Below, piece after piece: positions 37,324 to 51,650 of a stretch of 64,000 nucleotides of DNA (position 1 is the stretch's first letter; every line of letters begins with the position of its first letter). Source of the DNA: Eledone cirrhosa (Eukaryota); assembly GCA_964016885.1 (NCBI GenBank), contig OZ024740.1:127968001-128032000 (forward strand), in the 5' to 3' direction. Both the position numbers and the translations under genes were made by a program. The notes under the pieces are model-generated. The model saw nothing but the letters and a program-made list of their open reading frames with translations, made no database searches and had not been told where the DNA came from.

Positions 37324-37340
37324 AAGAAGAAGAAGAAGAA
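37234..37340. repeat. Compound (AAT)n(AAG)n microsatellite
   Basis: Direct reading. Confidence 0.95.
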
Positions 37341-38423
37341 TTAATGTGATTAACAAGGAACCAACAAATAGATTGAAATATATAAAGTCATCATTATAAT
37401 ACTAGCCACCGTTGTATTTCTCAGTCCGATTTATAAATTTACAACCCTATATATGATAAATATCTTTATTATTCAAGTAAGATTTTTTTCTAACATATTT
37501 CTAATACAGTGAAGAGAGTTTGCGTCAGATAACCTCTACAGATATTACTCTACTTTACGTAACCTCGCAATAACTAGCATCTCAAGCATTCGGTTATATT
37601 CAAACCTCTCTCTGTGTGAACGCTTCAATACAAAATCAGTACGCTACAAATTATATGTGTGTGTGATGGAGATATAGATTTATACGGTTATAAATCAAAC
37701 AGAAACTTGGTAACGCTCTGTCGCATAATAGTAATTTCCTTGGGATTAACTGAAGAATTTCAATTTGGCTTGGTTTATTTTCTTATGCTTATTTATGTAT
37801 TTAGCTTTTGTTTGCTTCGTTTTACACAAGTTGTCTTTTGCAGAATGCATGCAGTGTGTATACATTTACAATATTCTCTGAGGGGTTTATACACTATTCA
37901 ATTAATGAACAGGTTGTTTGATTTATATTCAAATACAAGCAAGAAAAATATAGGTATTTACGAAGTATTCATTGAAACATCTTAGTTGTCGGATTGTATA
38001 AAACTAAAATTTCATATCTTTAATTTATCTATTAATTATATTATATAAGGTAGTTAACGTTATTCAGAATAATACAACAATATCATTCATCGCTTCCAAT
38101 AAACAATATGGAAACCAAATTGAACTACTTCCTATATTCATACAAACCGAGAAGAAGAGCAAATTATTTGACTACAAATTATTTGATATATACGCCTGTG
38201 TTCAAGCATAGTTGCGGTGTTCATATCCGGAGGTCATCACCGTGTTGTTTTATCATTTTAGATTTTTTAAGGAAACCAGGCTTTAGAAAGCCTCGTTGTT
38301 CTTTGCAAAACAACATATATTGCTACATGGTCCCTAACTCATGTAAGAGTCAACTAGTTTAGATTATATATTTAGCTGAACATGTATTTGCCTTCTTTTG
38401 TTGTCTATTATTTGTTATTACTG

Positions 38424-38830
38424 CTTAGTGATAAGGAGGTTCGGCTCTCGTTCGTAAAGTCATGAGTTTCATATATATATGACAGTGCATTGTGTCCTTG
38501 AGCAAGACACCTTATTTCACATTGTTCCAAACCACTCAACTGAAAATAATTCGAAACACCTGGGCAATAAAATGTGGAGGTACATTGCCTATTGTTAAGG
38601 GTGTTGGACTTATGATCATAATATCATGGCTTCGATTCCTGGACTGATTTATGTGTTGACTTATTGAACAAAACACTAAATTTCACGTTGCCTCAGTATA
38701 CCCAGCCGGCAATTCGTACCAGCAATAGCTAGAAGTTTAACCCTGCGATGGACTGGCGTCCTGCCCAGTGGCAGGTCATGTACTCAGTCGCTTAACGCCA
38801 CGAAAACCGGGATAGGAACGGCCTACAGGT
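38424..38830 (+). mobile_element. Degenerate tRNA-derived SINE remnants (second family)
   Basis: tRNA-head-like GCTTAGTG..GAGTTTC and GCTTCGATTCC; TGTGTCCTTGAGCAAGACAC; CCCTGCGATGGACTGGCGTCC..GAAAACCGGGATA typical of SINE central domains. Confidence 0.5.
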
Positions 38831-39470
38831 TCAAGACTTTACATTTTTGTGAATCTGGCGGCCAGGTTAATCACACACTGCATTACGCTGATGTTTGCTG
38901 AGAATATACGTTAAGGTTACACATCTCAGTGCAATGCGCAGTCAGTTGCAGTTTAATTTCATGAGAAAAATGTTCCATAGATGAAAGAACTTTAACATTT
39001 ATCGACGGAACATATTTCCAACAAACTTACATGCGTGTTGGTTTCTGGGTATTTTTGTGTCTATGAGAGAGATAGCGATGGGGGGAGGAGAAAGAGGAAG
39101 GGGAGGGGGAGGGGGGGGGCAGAAGAAATAGGGAATGAGGTAGCGGAAGTGAGTGCACGTGACAGTAGAATTCTCAGTCACTTGCAAATTAAATTCACTG
39201 GCAAGCTGTTCGACAGATTAAGCAAATAAAACAGTCATTGTAGTAACCAACGGAGAACAAACCTTCAGTAACTTCTTAATGTAATGATGCTCTCGATTTT
39301 ATATAAGAAATGGTGGGAAAGGATATTTCAGAAAGAAGGATTCACAAGCAAATGTACATTCGCTTAATACTCTATACACATTTAAGCAGTTTTCATGTCG
39401 CTCAGAATACAAAAGCGCAAAATCGAAAATAAAACAAACACACACACACACATACATATATATATCTATA

Positions 39471-39560
<90 letters not shown>

Positions 39561-40138
39561 GAGAGAGGGGGAATAGATAGAGAGATAGATAGATGTACGA
39601 GTAGGGTAGTGTATTTTCAACATAAATTGAAAGTATAAATATGTAACACACATTTCTTAAGATTCTTTATTTAAGTCGCAAAATAGAAAATTAAATGAAT
39701 CGTATAAGTATTAGGAAAGAAACAATAATGGTTTTCTCTCTTTTTTAGTATCAAAGATAGGTCACGTGTTGTTAATGGGGTCAATGTTTAAAGGAACAGA
39801 AGTGTCTCTAGTGGTAGGAAACAGAGACTGCTGAATATAGATCTAAATAGATATTGCCAGAGATTGGCCAAATAGGAAATCAATGTACCATGATAAATTG
39901 CTTCGATGGGCAGCAAATGAAATAGTATCTGCTGAGCAAAACCATCCTTGCCAGCTTACCAAACTTCATGCATTGGATTATAAATACAACAGATTACACT
40001 TTTTCATGGTTTCAATTACATTTGACATGGTCTAAGGATATTGCTTGAAAATCACATAATGCGTACAGTTTTATACACACAGAGGCAGAAATAAATACCT
40101 ACACCAACGGACTCCCCTAACTATTTCGGCTACAACAC

Positions 40139-40186
<48 letters not shown>

Positions 40187-40199
40187 TGTGTGTGTGTGT

Positions 40200-40232
<33 letters not shown>

Positions 40233-40289
40233 AATGTGCGCGCGCGTGTGTGTTTTTGGGTGCGTGTGTGTAAATTTGGTATATCTAAA

Positions 40290-41830
40290 GATATACGTTA
40301 TGTTTAAAAAATAAACATTTAGAAATGATCAGCTATGAATAGACGTCTGACGGTCAGCGCCACCGGGCGGAATCCAGCAGAAGCAAGGGGGATAATTGTC
40401 TATGCATTTTAAACTTAGTTGGTTCTTATCAGGACAATGCTTCTCTCTTCCTACAGCTGGATTTTGAGACAGGCGAACATATATAGTTATTTTCGCCCGT
40501 GTATATGGGCTGGTTTACCGCCTTTGCATACCAGGCTATATAATTTGGCTGAACCTAAGATAGATTTAGAATGTAGTGTTTTGTTGTAGTTGTGGGGATT
40601 ATTCAATATCTCCCATCGCTCGGCGTTGTATAATCTGCAATATAGTAACGATGAGGCGAGTATAGGCCGCCTCCAAAGGAACGTAATATCGGCCCCAACA
40701 TTTGCTGTATGAGCAGATGCAAAAGAACAACCATAATGAAACATTATTCGTGCGGGATAGGCAACAAGCGAGGCGTTCAGGGCTTAAGTAGATGGGTTAG
40801 ATCTACACATATATTGCTGTTTCAATCCAATGCTGTATAAGCATGCGATGGTCATGTGATCTGTCCTGGGAAGCGTGGGATAAACTCACTAATGTTCTGA
40901 ATCCCTGGATCTGAAGGAGGATCAAGAAGGGTGCAGATATTGACAATTGGCAACTGGAACATTACACTATTTATAGGTAAGGAATCGGAATAATTGGAGT
41001 ACTCCAGTTATTACCGGTTAGATATAGTCGAAATCTCCCAACAATGTTTATTGGCTCACAAACGATATAGTTGGATGGAGGATGGAAACACCATTTTTTA
41101 GGTGCGGTGCCAAAGATAACGCAAATATGTGAATGGGGATGCTCAAAAGTCCCTGGCTGTCGGAATGTGCCATTGGCTGGAGCCCGTTAGGAAGTAAGAC
41201 ATGTCTTACTTGAAAGAATGGTCTCTTGTGCATGTTTATAAGACAGTGGCTCCAAATCCACAAGTATGCATGGTATAAGGGAAATCGGGGACAGATTTCA
41301 GTTATCGATTTTGTATTGTCTCTGATCTCTACGATTCTCTACATGATGTTCATCCTAAGAGAGAGTATGAGCTGTCATCTCATCACTATCTAGATATCTG
41401 CAACATGAGACTACCTTAGACAAAGAAACGTCACAAAAACTCTCGACATACAGGTTACAATAGGGAGTTGTGGCTGATGAGGAGGTCAGGACCACGTGTG
41501 CGGATATTATTGTATCCAATTTCAGTGAACTACCTGAACAAAAGGCTGACGTTGAAATGGAGTGGATGCTGTTTAGCTCGGCTGTTAAATGCTGTGTGCG
41601 AGAGTGTTTCGGAGAGGCGCTGGATAGCCGGAGCACCCCTGGGTTTCTCACGAGGTTAAATATGCTATCCAAGCAAACAAGGAGGCATATATAACTTAAC
41701 CAGAAAATAAATGTGCCTCCTGCCCTCGGGTATATGTAGGCGCGAAAATTCGCAGCAGAGAAAGTAAAGAAATCTCAGGTTAAGACGCGGGAAGAACTTG
41801 CGGTTAAGCAACTATCCAATGATTTTTACC
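40290..41830 (+). pseudogene. Decayed 5' part of an RTE-clade LINE (APE endonuclease region)
   Basis: Remnant LTIGNWNIT, RLDIVEIS, SVIDFVLS and HHYL motifs with many stops. Confidence 0.55.
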
Positions 41831-42048
41831 TTTAGATATCTAAGGTGCATTCTGACTCGCACTTCCATAAAAATGATGACTAAACACGCATATACTTTAC
41901 TTTTGTAAATAAAAAATAAATACAATCCGTTTCTTCCACTTTATACTCTTGCCTGTCTTTCTATTTTTTCTATCTCTCATTTTATCTTCAGGAGTAGGAC
42001 TAATGGTCGACACCTTAGGACCCTCATCCTACTTTATCAAAGGTTAAA

Positions 42049-42089
<41 letters not shown>

Positions 42090-44599
42090 TAGCATCATTG
42101 TACTCTAGCATTCGTTTATGTTTTTCATCCTCACACAAATAGACGACACATACACACACACACAGATATATATACACATATATATATATATGCGTAATTA
42201 TATATATATTTATAACTACGTATAAGCATAAGCACACGCGTGTGTGTCTGTACGTGTATACGTGTATTTGTGTAGCATATTAGCATTTCTTGAATTACAA
42301 AATTGTTGTTATAGGAATAAACATGTGCGGTTGTAAAGGTCATACTGAAGATTATTTGAGAAAATGAAAATGCAAAATACGGTTGTGATGAGATCAAGAG
42401 TTGAAATGAAAATGGAAATTGTAAAGATTTAAAATAAATATCTAAACTTTAAAAAAAATAATTAAAATAGTTTCAATTTAGTTTTTATGTGATATTTTAT
42501 ATTACTGGAAATTGAAGGTGGCAATAGTTAGTTCCATTGCCTGTTCGTAGTGTTAAAGTATAGAAGAGTTATAATTGTTAGAGATTAATATTGACTACGT
42601 TCAAATTGGAGAGCCATTTCCTTGTTTACTTGTTGACTTAATGAGAGTAACATTTTATTCCCGGGATGACTGAAGTAACAACAATACTCCCGTCTTAAGT
42701 TACGCCTTTTTTCTTTCCTACTGTATCAAATTTAAGGGTGGCTTGATATTCTCATCTATATCGTTATTGATATTTTTATGTTATTATTATCGATGTACGT
42801 TACTTTTAATGAAATTAATTTATACTGCGAGCATTGTAATCATTGTTATAAAATATTGAAATCTCACTCAGGTCAGCGTTAAATGCAACTCTTCTGGCGC
42901 CATTAAACATAAGTAAAAGTACTGAGATTGATTCATCTCTCTCTCTCACAATTTCCATCTCTCTTCTTGCTACATTCTGTTACGGTGAGGGTCTGGAAGA
43001 GTTTAGTCGTACTCCAAGTTTCTCGAAATGATTACTAGAGTTGGCCAAAAGTTCCTTCCCATTGAATAGGGGTCTGGCTGGAATCATAGAACGGTGAATT
43101 GATATGCAATAAACCATAGGACGGAAATGTATGAGGCAGAGCTGCATATCAAATGTATAGAATTTGGTTGGAATGCAATATATCCTCAACTACGATAAAC
43201 ATTATTATATATATATATATTTTTTTTTATCATTGACATTTGTTGTTGAATAAAATAAATGAATGATGGTCGGTCACATTAGCGGGCATTATACTAGCTG
43301 TGGGGGCATTCCTCGGTTCCGACGATGAGTGATCCAGTTGTTTCCTCAACGGAACATCCTACTTCTAAAATTAATTTGAATGCGACTGAGCATTCCACAC
43401 ACATATTTGCATCCTTAATATAATTATCAAGGAGGTCCATTCCTTTGAACTAGGGTAAAAAAGCATTTTTTTTTTCAGCTGACCGGACTGGCGTAACATG
43501 AAATATAACATCTTTTTCAAAGGTACGGTGTGTCGCAGGCAGGAGGCGAACGCATAATCTTAGTATCGTGATGCAAACACGATAAACATTAATCTACGCA
43601 CCTTCATAAACAGTAACCAGAAGGGAAATTAGCACCACCGGGGAGACAGATAGCTCAACTCCAACAAACTATAAAAAACTCGACTGCGCGTTGACTATAT
43701 TTGTGAGAAAATAGCAACCAAATCTCTTTCAAATCACATTCTACCGTTCTATGTAGTCGTGGATGCAAGTGGATTTCAAGGAAATTTGCAACAAAATAAA
43801 GAAACTCTAGTTGGAAAGAACTGACGAAATAAAAGAAATAAGAAGCAATTTATAATGAATCTAAATATGTTATCTGAAAATAGAATGTATTATCACAACA
43901 CAGAATATCAAAGATAGCTTATTCACTAGATGCTTCTAAAGGCATGATGGAGACATGAATCTGTTCTGAAAAGAGTTAAATCTGCTTTGGCACATATGAA
44001 AGAAGCAATTTTCTATTGTTGCAAGAACACAAGCGGAATCTCGATCAATTTCATCTCAAAAGTAAAATTACCGAAGAACAGTATGCGTACTCTGAAATTA
44101 CACACAAATATTTTCATAACAATTTCTTATATTTTTATTTCATTACCTTGCTTTCATTAATATTCGCAGAATCGTATCTTTTGATTATATGCGTTTCTTT
44201 GTTTTTCCTCTAAATGATTTGTTTTTAAATATAGCAGTTCTCAATGAGATCTCTTCCAGAGGAATGTATTCCAAGTCAAGCAAAACTAATTTGAAACTAG
44301 TTACTGATTTCATGTTATATGCGCCTCAATATGAATTGTATGGACAATATTAGAAATTTAAGTTGGAGCTAGAATATACTTGAGAATACATCATTTGCAG
44401 ACTCATACGAAGGACAATTAAACCCCACGTTAGATTACTGATAGCATGTTCGAGAGGGTTCATTAGATAAAACAACCGTCCTGGGGAAGTTACCGAGGAG
44501 CCATCATATAATATGGCCAATCTTAGACATTTTATACCCGACGACGACCATCTGTATGCAAGTTGGAACCTGGACGAATTCTTCCAGAGAAAGAGATAG

Positions 44600-44760
44600 G
44601 AAAATCAACTCCAGTACCGGAAAAGTATTTTATTCATAGACTGCGAAAGGGTGAAAGGCAAAGTTAACCTAGTTGGGATTTGAAGTCAGAATGCAGTGAG
44701 ACGGAACAAATATCGAGGCATTTTTAACCTGACGCCTCAATCAACTCAACCAATTCAACA
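44600..44760 (-). mobile_element. Degenerate tRNA-derived SINE
   Basis: GGGTGAAAGGCAAAGTTAACCTAGTTGGGATTTGAAGTCAGAA matches the SINE family. Confidence 0.6.
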
Positions 44761-45519
44761 CATTGCTATACTAGATACACAAAATAATTTAGATTGTATC
44801 TAAATAAAATATTTATGCCAGAACTTGCCACAAACTCATATTATTTCGTCTGCCTATTACTTCTATAGCGATTGTGTTTTTTTCTCCATCTACGCCGGCC
44901 TCTAGTACACTCCTTAACTGCAATCATCATTAATATTGTTTTACCCAATATAAAGTCTTCCAATCTTTCAATTCACTTGTTTTTCTGCCCATATTTTCTC
45001 CACAGGTAGAGAGATTCTAACAGTAGCAAATGTATCGACATTAATAAACTGGGAATGTCTGTAAAAATCATGCAAGCCACTTTTCTTACAAATAAATAAA
45101 CACTATATGAATTTATGAACGTAGTACTGTGTGTATCAGAAGAATATTCTTTATTTAGATATCTAAAGTTAGTTTCTCCCTAAGTCTCCAGTTTATAATA
45201 TTAAAGATATTCAATGAATATGGTTTGCAGGTGTATTGATAACTTCATTTTAATTAATTGCATTCGGTTCACTCCACGGGATTCATAAAGACTTTCGGTG
45301 AAATTCATTATACTTGTAATTTTTAACTTATTTGTTATTGATATTTAGTGTAAACTCTCATTGTTGTGTGTATGTTGTGGAGTGTAGCTCACATTATGTT
45401 GAAAGTTTTTTATTTAATTCTTACACTACACATATATTTGGAAGAAAATCTGTTTATATTTTATCACTTGATAAAATATGAACTTTCATTACATTGTTCT
45501 CATTATCATCTTGGCGTGC

Positions 45520-45900
45520 TGTTTGCATTGATCGCCATGACTCCCTCCCCTATCTATCTCTGTCGCTCATCAGTTTTTCGTGGCAGGTCCTCCAGATTCC
45601 ACTTAGTATCCTCACATAACTGTTTGATGTAGGTTCGGTGAGGTCAACCCACGATGGAATGACAACGCTATGGTGCCCATAACAACACTCACTGACTAAT
45701 TCATCCATGGCTCTCCAGCAGTGTCCCGTCAATCTGGTTCCTCTCCTTCAGATGGTATGAGTGATTGCAGCTAGATGACCATAAAGTTGTTTTATTTGTA
45801 GAGTGTTGCCACTCCGATCATTCTCGTACTTGTTCCACCGATTTTCTTCTCGAATCGCTTAGTGAGTGTTCATGTAGTACACCAGTATATTGTTGTAAGT
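45520..45900 (-). mobile_element. RTE-like LINE 3' remnant
   Basis: Minus-strand GHCWRAMDELVS and MSDRD..R motifs typical of RTE C-termini. Confidence 0.5.
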
Positions 45901-46300
45901 ATCTATATAACGATTCTATTTTCAAAACGTAGTTGATTTTCAGTTCTACTAATTTTTTCTCTGAATACTCAATGAATACAATATACGCTAGAGAATAATT
46001 TTGAATAACATATCCTATGTATTAAATGACCAACTCATATTGTACATACGCTAAGTAAATATTTATTTTAAAATGGTTTACACTCTGTAAGTGTCGGCTA
46101 CTTTATTTTTATAATACTAATTTATTATTTTCACTGACTTAGGTCAATTCATTCTGCATTCCGTCTCTTCATTGTACTGAATTAGATTCTATAAAAAACA
46201 ATACATGTTTTCAAATTTGATAAATATCTCTCCTTTCAAATGATGAATGTTCGAAATTCAACCCAAATTAATTAACACTCTTTTCAAAGAAATTCTATCT

Positions 46301-46609
46301 TCATTTATAAGCTGCGAACGTCATTTCATTACACCAGTCAGACGATGTATAAAGTTTAATTACATCAACACCTATCAAATTCCTAATACATAATGTAACA
46401 GAAAGAGTCGCAGTTAAAAGGATGTCTGCCTGATTTTGACCCTGCAGTTAAAAACAGCAGATAGTAACTAGCTATAAATTAACAGCTTTCCATCTTCTCA
46501 AAACTTTGGCAAAATTGGTGACAACAATTCTACTGTGAAGCGCTGACCTCACCTCTTTGACAGATTTACTACACTTTCTCTTGGCATCATCATTCAACGT
46601 CGCATAAAA
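46301..46609 (-). other. Possible pair of host coding exons (46609-46553 and 46441-46301)
   Basis: ctcttttatctatcag|FYATLNDDAKRKCSKSVKE|gtgagg, a 111-nt GT-AG intron, then tttttaactgcag|GQNQADILL...AAYK* in the same phase. No homology recognised. Confidence 0.25.
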
Positions 46610-47229
46610 CTGATAGATAAAAGAGTTTATTTCGATATCAGATTCTCATCGGCGAAATGAAACGTTAAATAGTATTTCCATATTTCACTCAGTTCACTTT
46701 ATAGCAAACGAAACGAAATTTCATGGGGTTTCTCAATTATTCGACACGCCTTGCAAATACACCAGGCACCAGCTATCTCGTCGGTCAATTCGCTAGATAA
46801 ACCTGACAAATCACCCTCAAATAACACAATAACAGAACAAAGACAAAGTAGAGAATGTAGTTATAGGGATAACAAATAATGAGATGTACACGGTAAGAAT
46901 TTCTTTGATAATTTGCAAATTTGATGAATGCTGAAATGGAACTAAATGACAAAACACATGCACGCATACAATCACACACACACGTATATATACACATATA
47001 TGGTATAAAGGTGAATACGCAAAGGACTACACTCATACACACAGGCACAACAATACTCATATTCAGCAGCATATTTGGCGGTGGTGCTATTGATGTCAAT
47101 TTCTGTCATATGCATTCAATTGTCTCATTTTATCCCACGGTTCCACTCTCCACTGATACTTGTACCCATATGTCTCTAATTTCTGAAGTCTGTTACCATT
47201 GTTACCCAACTTTGGGGGTTGGTAATACC

Positions 47230-47400
47230 TGCATTCATGCTCTGCCAACAGATACTTTTATAGCTTAGTAATTGTCTTCCTACTCACCCAGTGACAGTGG
47301 TTAGCTCACCATAAAAGATGTCGGTGAAGATCCGGCCGACTTCCATTCGACTGATATGTCTAAGGCATCAAAGGCGTTGCTATGTAAGGATAGCAAACAC
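47230..47400 (-). pseudogene. RTE/BovB-like 3' fragment
   Basis: Minus-strand QRL*CLRHISRMEVGRIFTDIFYGEL. Confidence 0.5.
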
Positions 47401-47435
47401 TCACTACTTTAGAACATGACACGCAAGCACACACT

Positions 47436-47466
<31 letters not shown>

Positions 47467-47579
47467 ACACACACACACATATATATACACACACACACAC
47501 ATGTATTCATTTATATATAAATACATATATACATATGCATATATGGGTGTGTGTACATGCACACACATACACAGACACA

Positions 47580-47640
<61 letters not shown>

Positions 47641-48274
47641 ACACCAATTGATATATTTTGAATAGCCAGATGAATATTTTTTTGTTATTTTTTTAGGTGA
47701 TTGCTTTTACTTGTTCTCGGAGAGAATTTTTTTTTATGAAGAAAGAGAAAAAATATATATAGTTAGACATCTACAAAAAATATATACCTTTCCCATCAAA
47801 ATATCAATAAATTTCCGTTGTTTGACAGTTAGTTTGTAGATAATTGATGTTGCATCTTTTTTATTGCATCATTTCACAAATATTTCAAATTGATTCTCTA
47901 CTGGTTATTTGTTTCTTTGTTTGATTGATTGAATATTTGTCTCCAACAACATTCATTTTCTAACGTCGTCTTTCGTCTTCTCGTGTTCCTCTAACCTCTC
48001 TTTGTTTACTGGTCTTGTGTCGATGTTTAGTATTTTTACAGCACACACACGCCCCCCCCCCCACACACACACACACACGTATATATATATGTATATATAT
48101 ATATGTATATATGTATGTACATATATATATATACATTTGTATACATTTAATTGTATATACACATATACAACTATATATATATATATACATACGTACATAC
48201 ACACATTTGTGTATATACATACACACACAACACACACACACACATATATATATATATGGGTGTATATATATATA

Positions 48275-48312
<38 letters not shown>

Positions 48313-50589
48313 CACTCATATTCATATACGTACACTTATATGTTATGTATGTATATAAAGAAGTATGTAAGTGTTTGTGTGTTTGCATGAATTGATTCAT
48401 AGGGCTATTTTGAATGCATTGTAATGATATTAAAATTTTAAATAACTTAAAAGAACAGAAAATGCATATGATGGAACAAAACATACTTTATATCCAACAT
48501 TTTCTGACTTAGAATATTTTCTTCAGTGAATCAGCATATGGAGATTTTTATCACGCCTATAAAACTGTGATCTTTTCTGGTGGCCCTAGCCGTCGGGAAT
48601 ATTGTTGACATATAGTAGTAGATTATGGCAGATTCAACAAAAATCAGTAGAATAGGCAGCAGCACCTGTTTACTATTGTGTCAGTTCTATAAGAAGATGA
48701 CATACAGCTATTTTCCATTAATACGTTTTCAGAAGCTGAAATTTAACGATGTCCATAGAATACAGTGTAATATACAGTGGTTCACCTGACACAGAGGTCG
48801 TTGGGATATGATAACTAAAACCTGGGGCACCTTTTAAAGCTTAGAATATAAATAGCAATTTCTGTCTGTGTATCTGTATATCTGTGTATAACCAGTTGGC
48901 GCCTACACCAGTGATCCGATTCTTATGAAACTATACACACATATTAAGTTCAGAAACAGGACAGCTTACTGGATTTCAATAGAAATCAATAATGGAACCC
49001 CTGGGGGACATCTTTACATTGGAGGAGGAAAGAAAAACCTGAGAGAGGGGGAAAACGAGATAATACTACTGTATATTAAACCCACCCTCCCACTTTCTCC
49101 TCCCACAACTCAGTCCTCCAAATCATGGCAACAACTTATTAGAAAAGAGTTTATTCTGTCGATATTTGAAGGTGTCGGATCGTGAGAAGATTGTTCTTGG
49201 TATATAAACGCGTGCGTTCCCTATTGAATTAACATTACACGAATTGTCCTTTTAAACATAAGTAACTCCATTCGTTTTCACTTAAACAACAGTCTTTTTG
49301 CTTGCGACCTTAACACTTCTCGGCAAGCCCACATTGGATTTTGAATAAAACCCATGTTTAATGACTTTATGTTAGAGTACTATATCTAAGCAAATCCATT
49401 TCTTAACACTTAAACTCCAATTTTTGCACTTACCAACTTAGCATTACACAAAGCAACCCACATGTAGTGTGCGCTTACACTTACAATGTCAGGATGCAGG
49501 AAGCTAATGGAGTCATTAGTGATTAACGGTTTCGTTGCTTATTTGCTTAGCGACGCAGCTCATCAGCTGACCCTCTCCCCCCCACATCAACCAAGGCATA
49601 CCCCACTCCCACCTCCTCCTTGGTTAACTACTACTGTCAAACTTCTGAAGTGCGCTGAATCGTCACTTTGCGCTGTTTTTGCAGTTAGCTACGGAACTAA
49701 CATTTAAAATCATTCGCTTTCCCTATCGCCCAACTTACTTATATCATGCAAAAAGGATGTAGGGTGACGTTTAGGGTAGTTCAGAAGATTTCAGCAGTCG
49801 TTAATCAAACAATGACATTGTTTAGAAGAATTAATATCAAATCCTATGTCGGCATATATTCATGCTACCTGTATTTTAATTGTTTGCAGCCGTTTTTTAG
49901 GTGAAACTTCGTTCGGGTTGTTCTCGGTAACAAAAACCTAGGCATTTCCTAATAACTCCGACCAATGAGAAGATTAACAGCCTGAGAAATTCACTCTCCC
50001 CCATTATGAGCTGGGTAGTTGTTGCGATTTGATGACTCCCCTTCTACAGACACTGCTCCAGAGACCTTTTGGATTCCCCCCGCCTTACTTAAAGGCATAT
50101 CTAATGGTGCACCTCTCCTCCTAACCTTATATCTCTGAAATATAAGAACGCGATGTCACTACGAAAGCAAGCAAGGTTGGACTCTCAAACTGTACGCGGA
50201 CGAAAAATGCGACACAAACGTTCACAGATATGCCGTTCTAATAAATCACGTCTCCAACTTCTTATGTTACTCAAACACCATCAAGCATTTCATGTCACCC
50301 ACTTTCTCTCTAACACCCTATGTCACACATTTACCTGATCCCTCATCATTCATTGCCCACATAAGCACGTCCAAAATGTGCACATTTTGTCAGAGTGGTC
50401 ACTTACAAGTAAACTTACCCATCTTTTTATATTGAGCAGGAGACGGCGGTGGAGAGAGATGCATGCCTGACTAAAAATAGAGCAACCCTCGAAAGAGCAA
50501 GGCAAGCGGAGACGTTCGCAGAGAGAGAAGTTCGCCTAGCTGCAGACAGAGTAACCCATAAAAGAGCAAGGCGATCTGAGCAAGGCGAG

Positions 50590-51650
50590 CTCATGAACCC
50601 GGCCCCAGTATGCTTGAAATTCTCTACATGCTTCAGAGGGCAAAGCGCAGGATTATTTGCGTTGATAGGCTTCTCCGTTTCAGCAGAGTTGATATTCATT
50701 CCTGCCATGCAGCACTTGGCATGAAACCTATCGATTGCAAGTCGGAGATACGTTCTGTCGAGTTAAGTTGTCTGCGAATTCCAGCCGACTTATATTACAC
50801 TCGACAATCATGATCCCACTTCCAACCCGGCTGCGTATGTCAATCCTGTTCATTAAATAATGAACAAGAGAGGTTACAGTAAGCACCCCTGGCGGAGACT
50901 GACTCCCACATTGAATGGCATCGATTTAGCACCATTTATCCGAACCCAAATACATTCGTATGGAGATTTCAGGGCAGCAAAGAGCTGACTTTTGTTGCAA
51001 TACTCCTGAAGAACCTTCCACAGCAGGTCCCATGTAACGCGTTCATATACCAGTTCATGGTCGACAAAACAAGGCAGGGGGCTGAAATAAGTGCAGGGAT
51101 TGCAGGAACTAGTGCGGTAATGTGCCAACTTCAGTAATCAGTAATCAGAAGAAGAGATGTAGGCATAAAAGCCAAACTCGCTATCTTCAATTCCGTATTC
51201 ATGCCAACCTTTACCTATGGTCATTAATCTTGGTTAATTATCGAAAAAATACGATAGCGAATACAAGCGGCCTACCTGGGGTTCCCCCAAAGGGTCCATG
51301 AAGCAACGTTACCGATAGAGTGCGTAGCTCGGAGATTAGAGAGTCACTCAAACTAGAGCCGCTACTTCTCTGAATTCAGAGATTACAGCTACGATACTAT
51401 GGGCATGTGGTCAGAATATCTGAGGAAAAATCACTGGACAGATTATACGGCCAAAACCAGCCGGTAGAAGACCCAGTGTAGACCCCGAACAATATGCTTG
51501 GATAACACACATGAGCTTGGCTGGTGTCGCCTGAGGATCCAGCCGGAGCAGTTGGCAACTGTTACTTCTGACAGATTCATCAGGAAGGAGTGCTTGACGA
51601 CTCTTCCCCACGACCCTATCAGTAAAAAGTGGGCGAAGAAGGAGGAGGAA
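50590..51650. mobile_element. RTE-clade LINE with inverted 5' segment
   Basis: Minus 51070-50590 encodes CFVD..LWKVLQEY..LRQGCLL..FADN..KHVENFK. Plus 51073-51650 continues RQGAEISAGI..SAVM..KAKLAIFNSVFMPTFTYGH..QLRYYGHVVR. Confidence 0.7.

Noticed and set aside
44990-45100. Strong acceptor (ttttctccacag) followed by a short ORF and AATAAA on the plus strand
   Set aside because: Only 18 codons, with no upstream partner exon or homology; indistinguishable from chance.
47404-48484. Many 60-160 aa ORFs rich in YI/CV/HT (also at 13.5-14.9, 53.7-54.9, 58.4-58.9 and 61.3-63 kb)
   Set aside because: Translations of (TA)n/(CA)n/(TATG)n microsatellites with no domain content.
48840-50590. Possible old Helitron (5'-like end at 48840, ETFAEREVRL repeat-like peptide at 50449)
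   Set aside because: Too degenerate; no Rep/helicase motifs or 3' hairpin-CTAG found.
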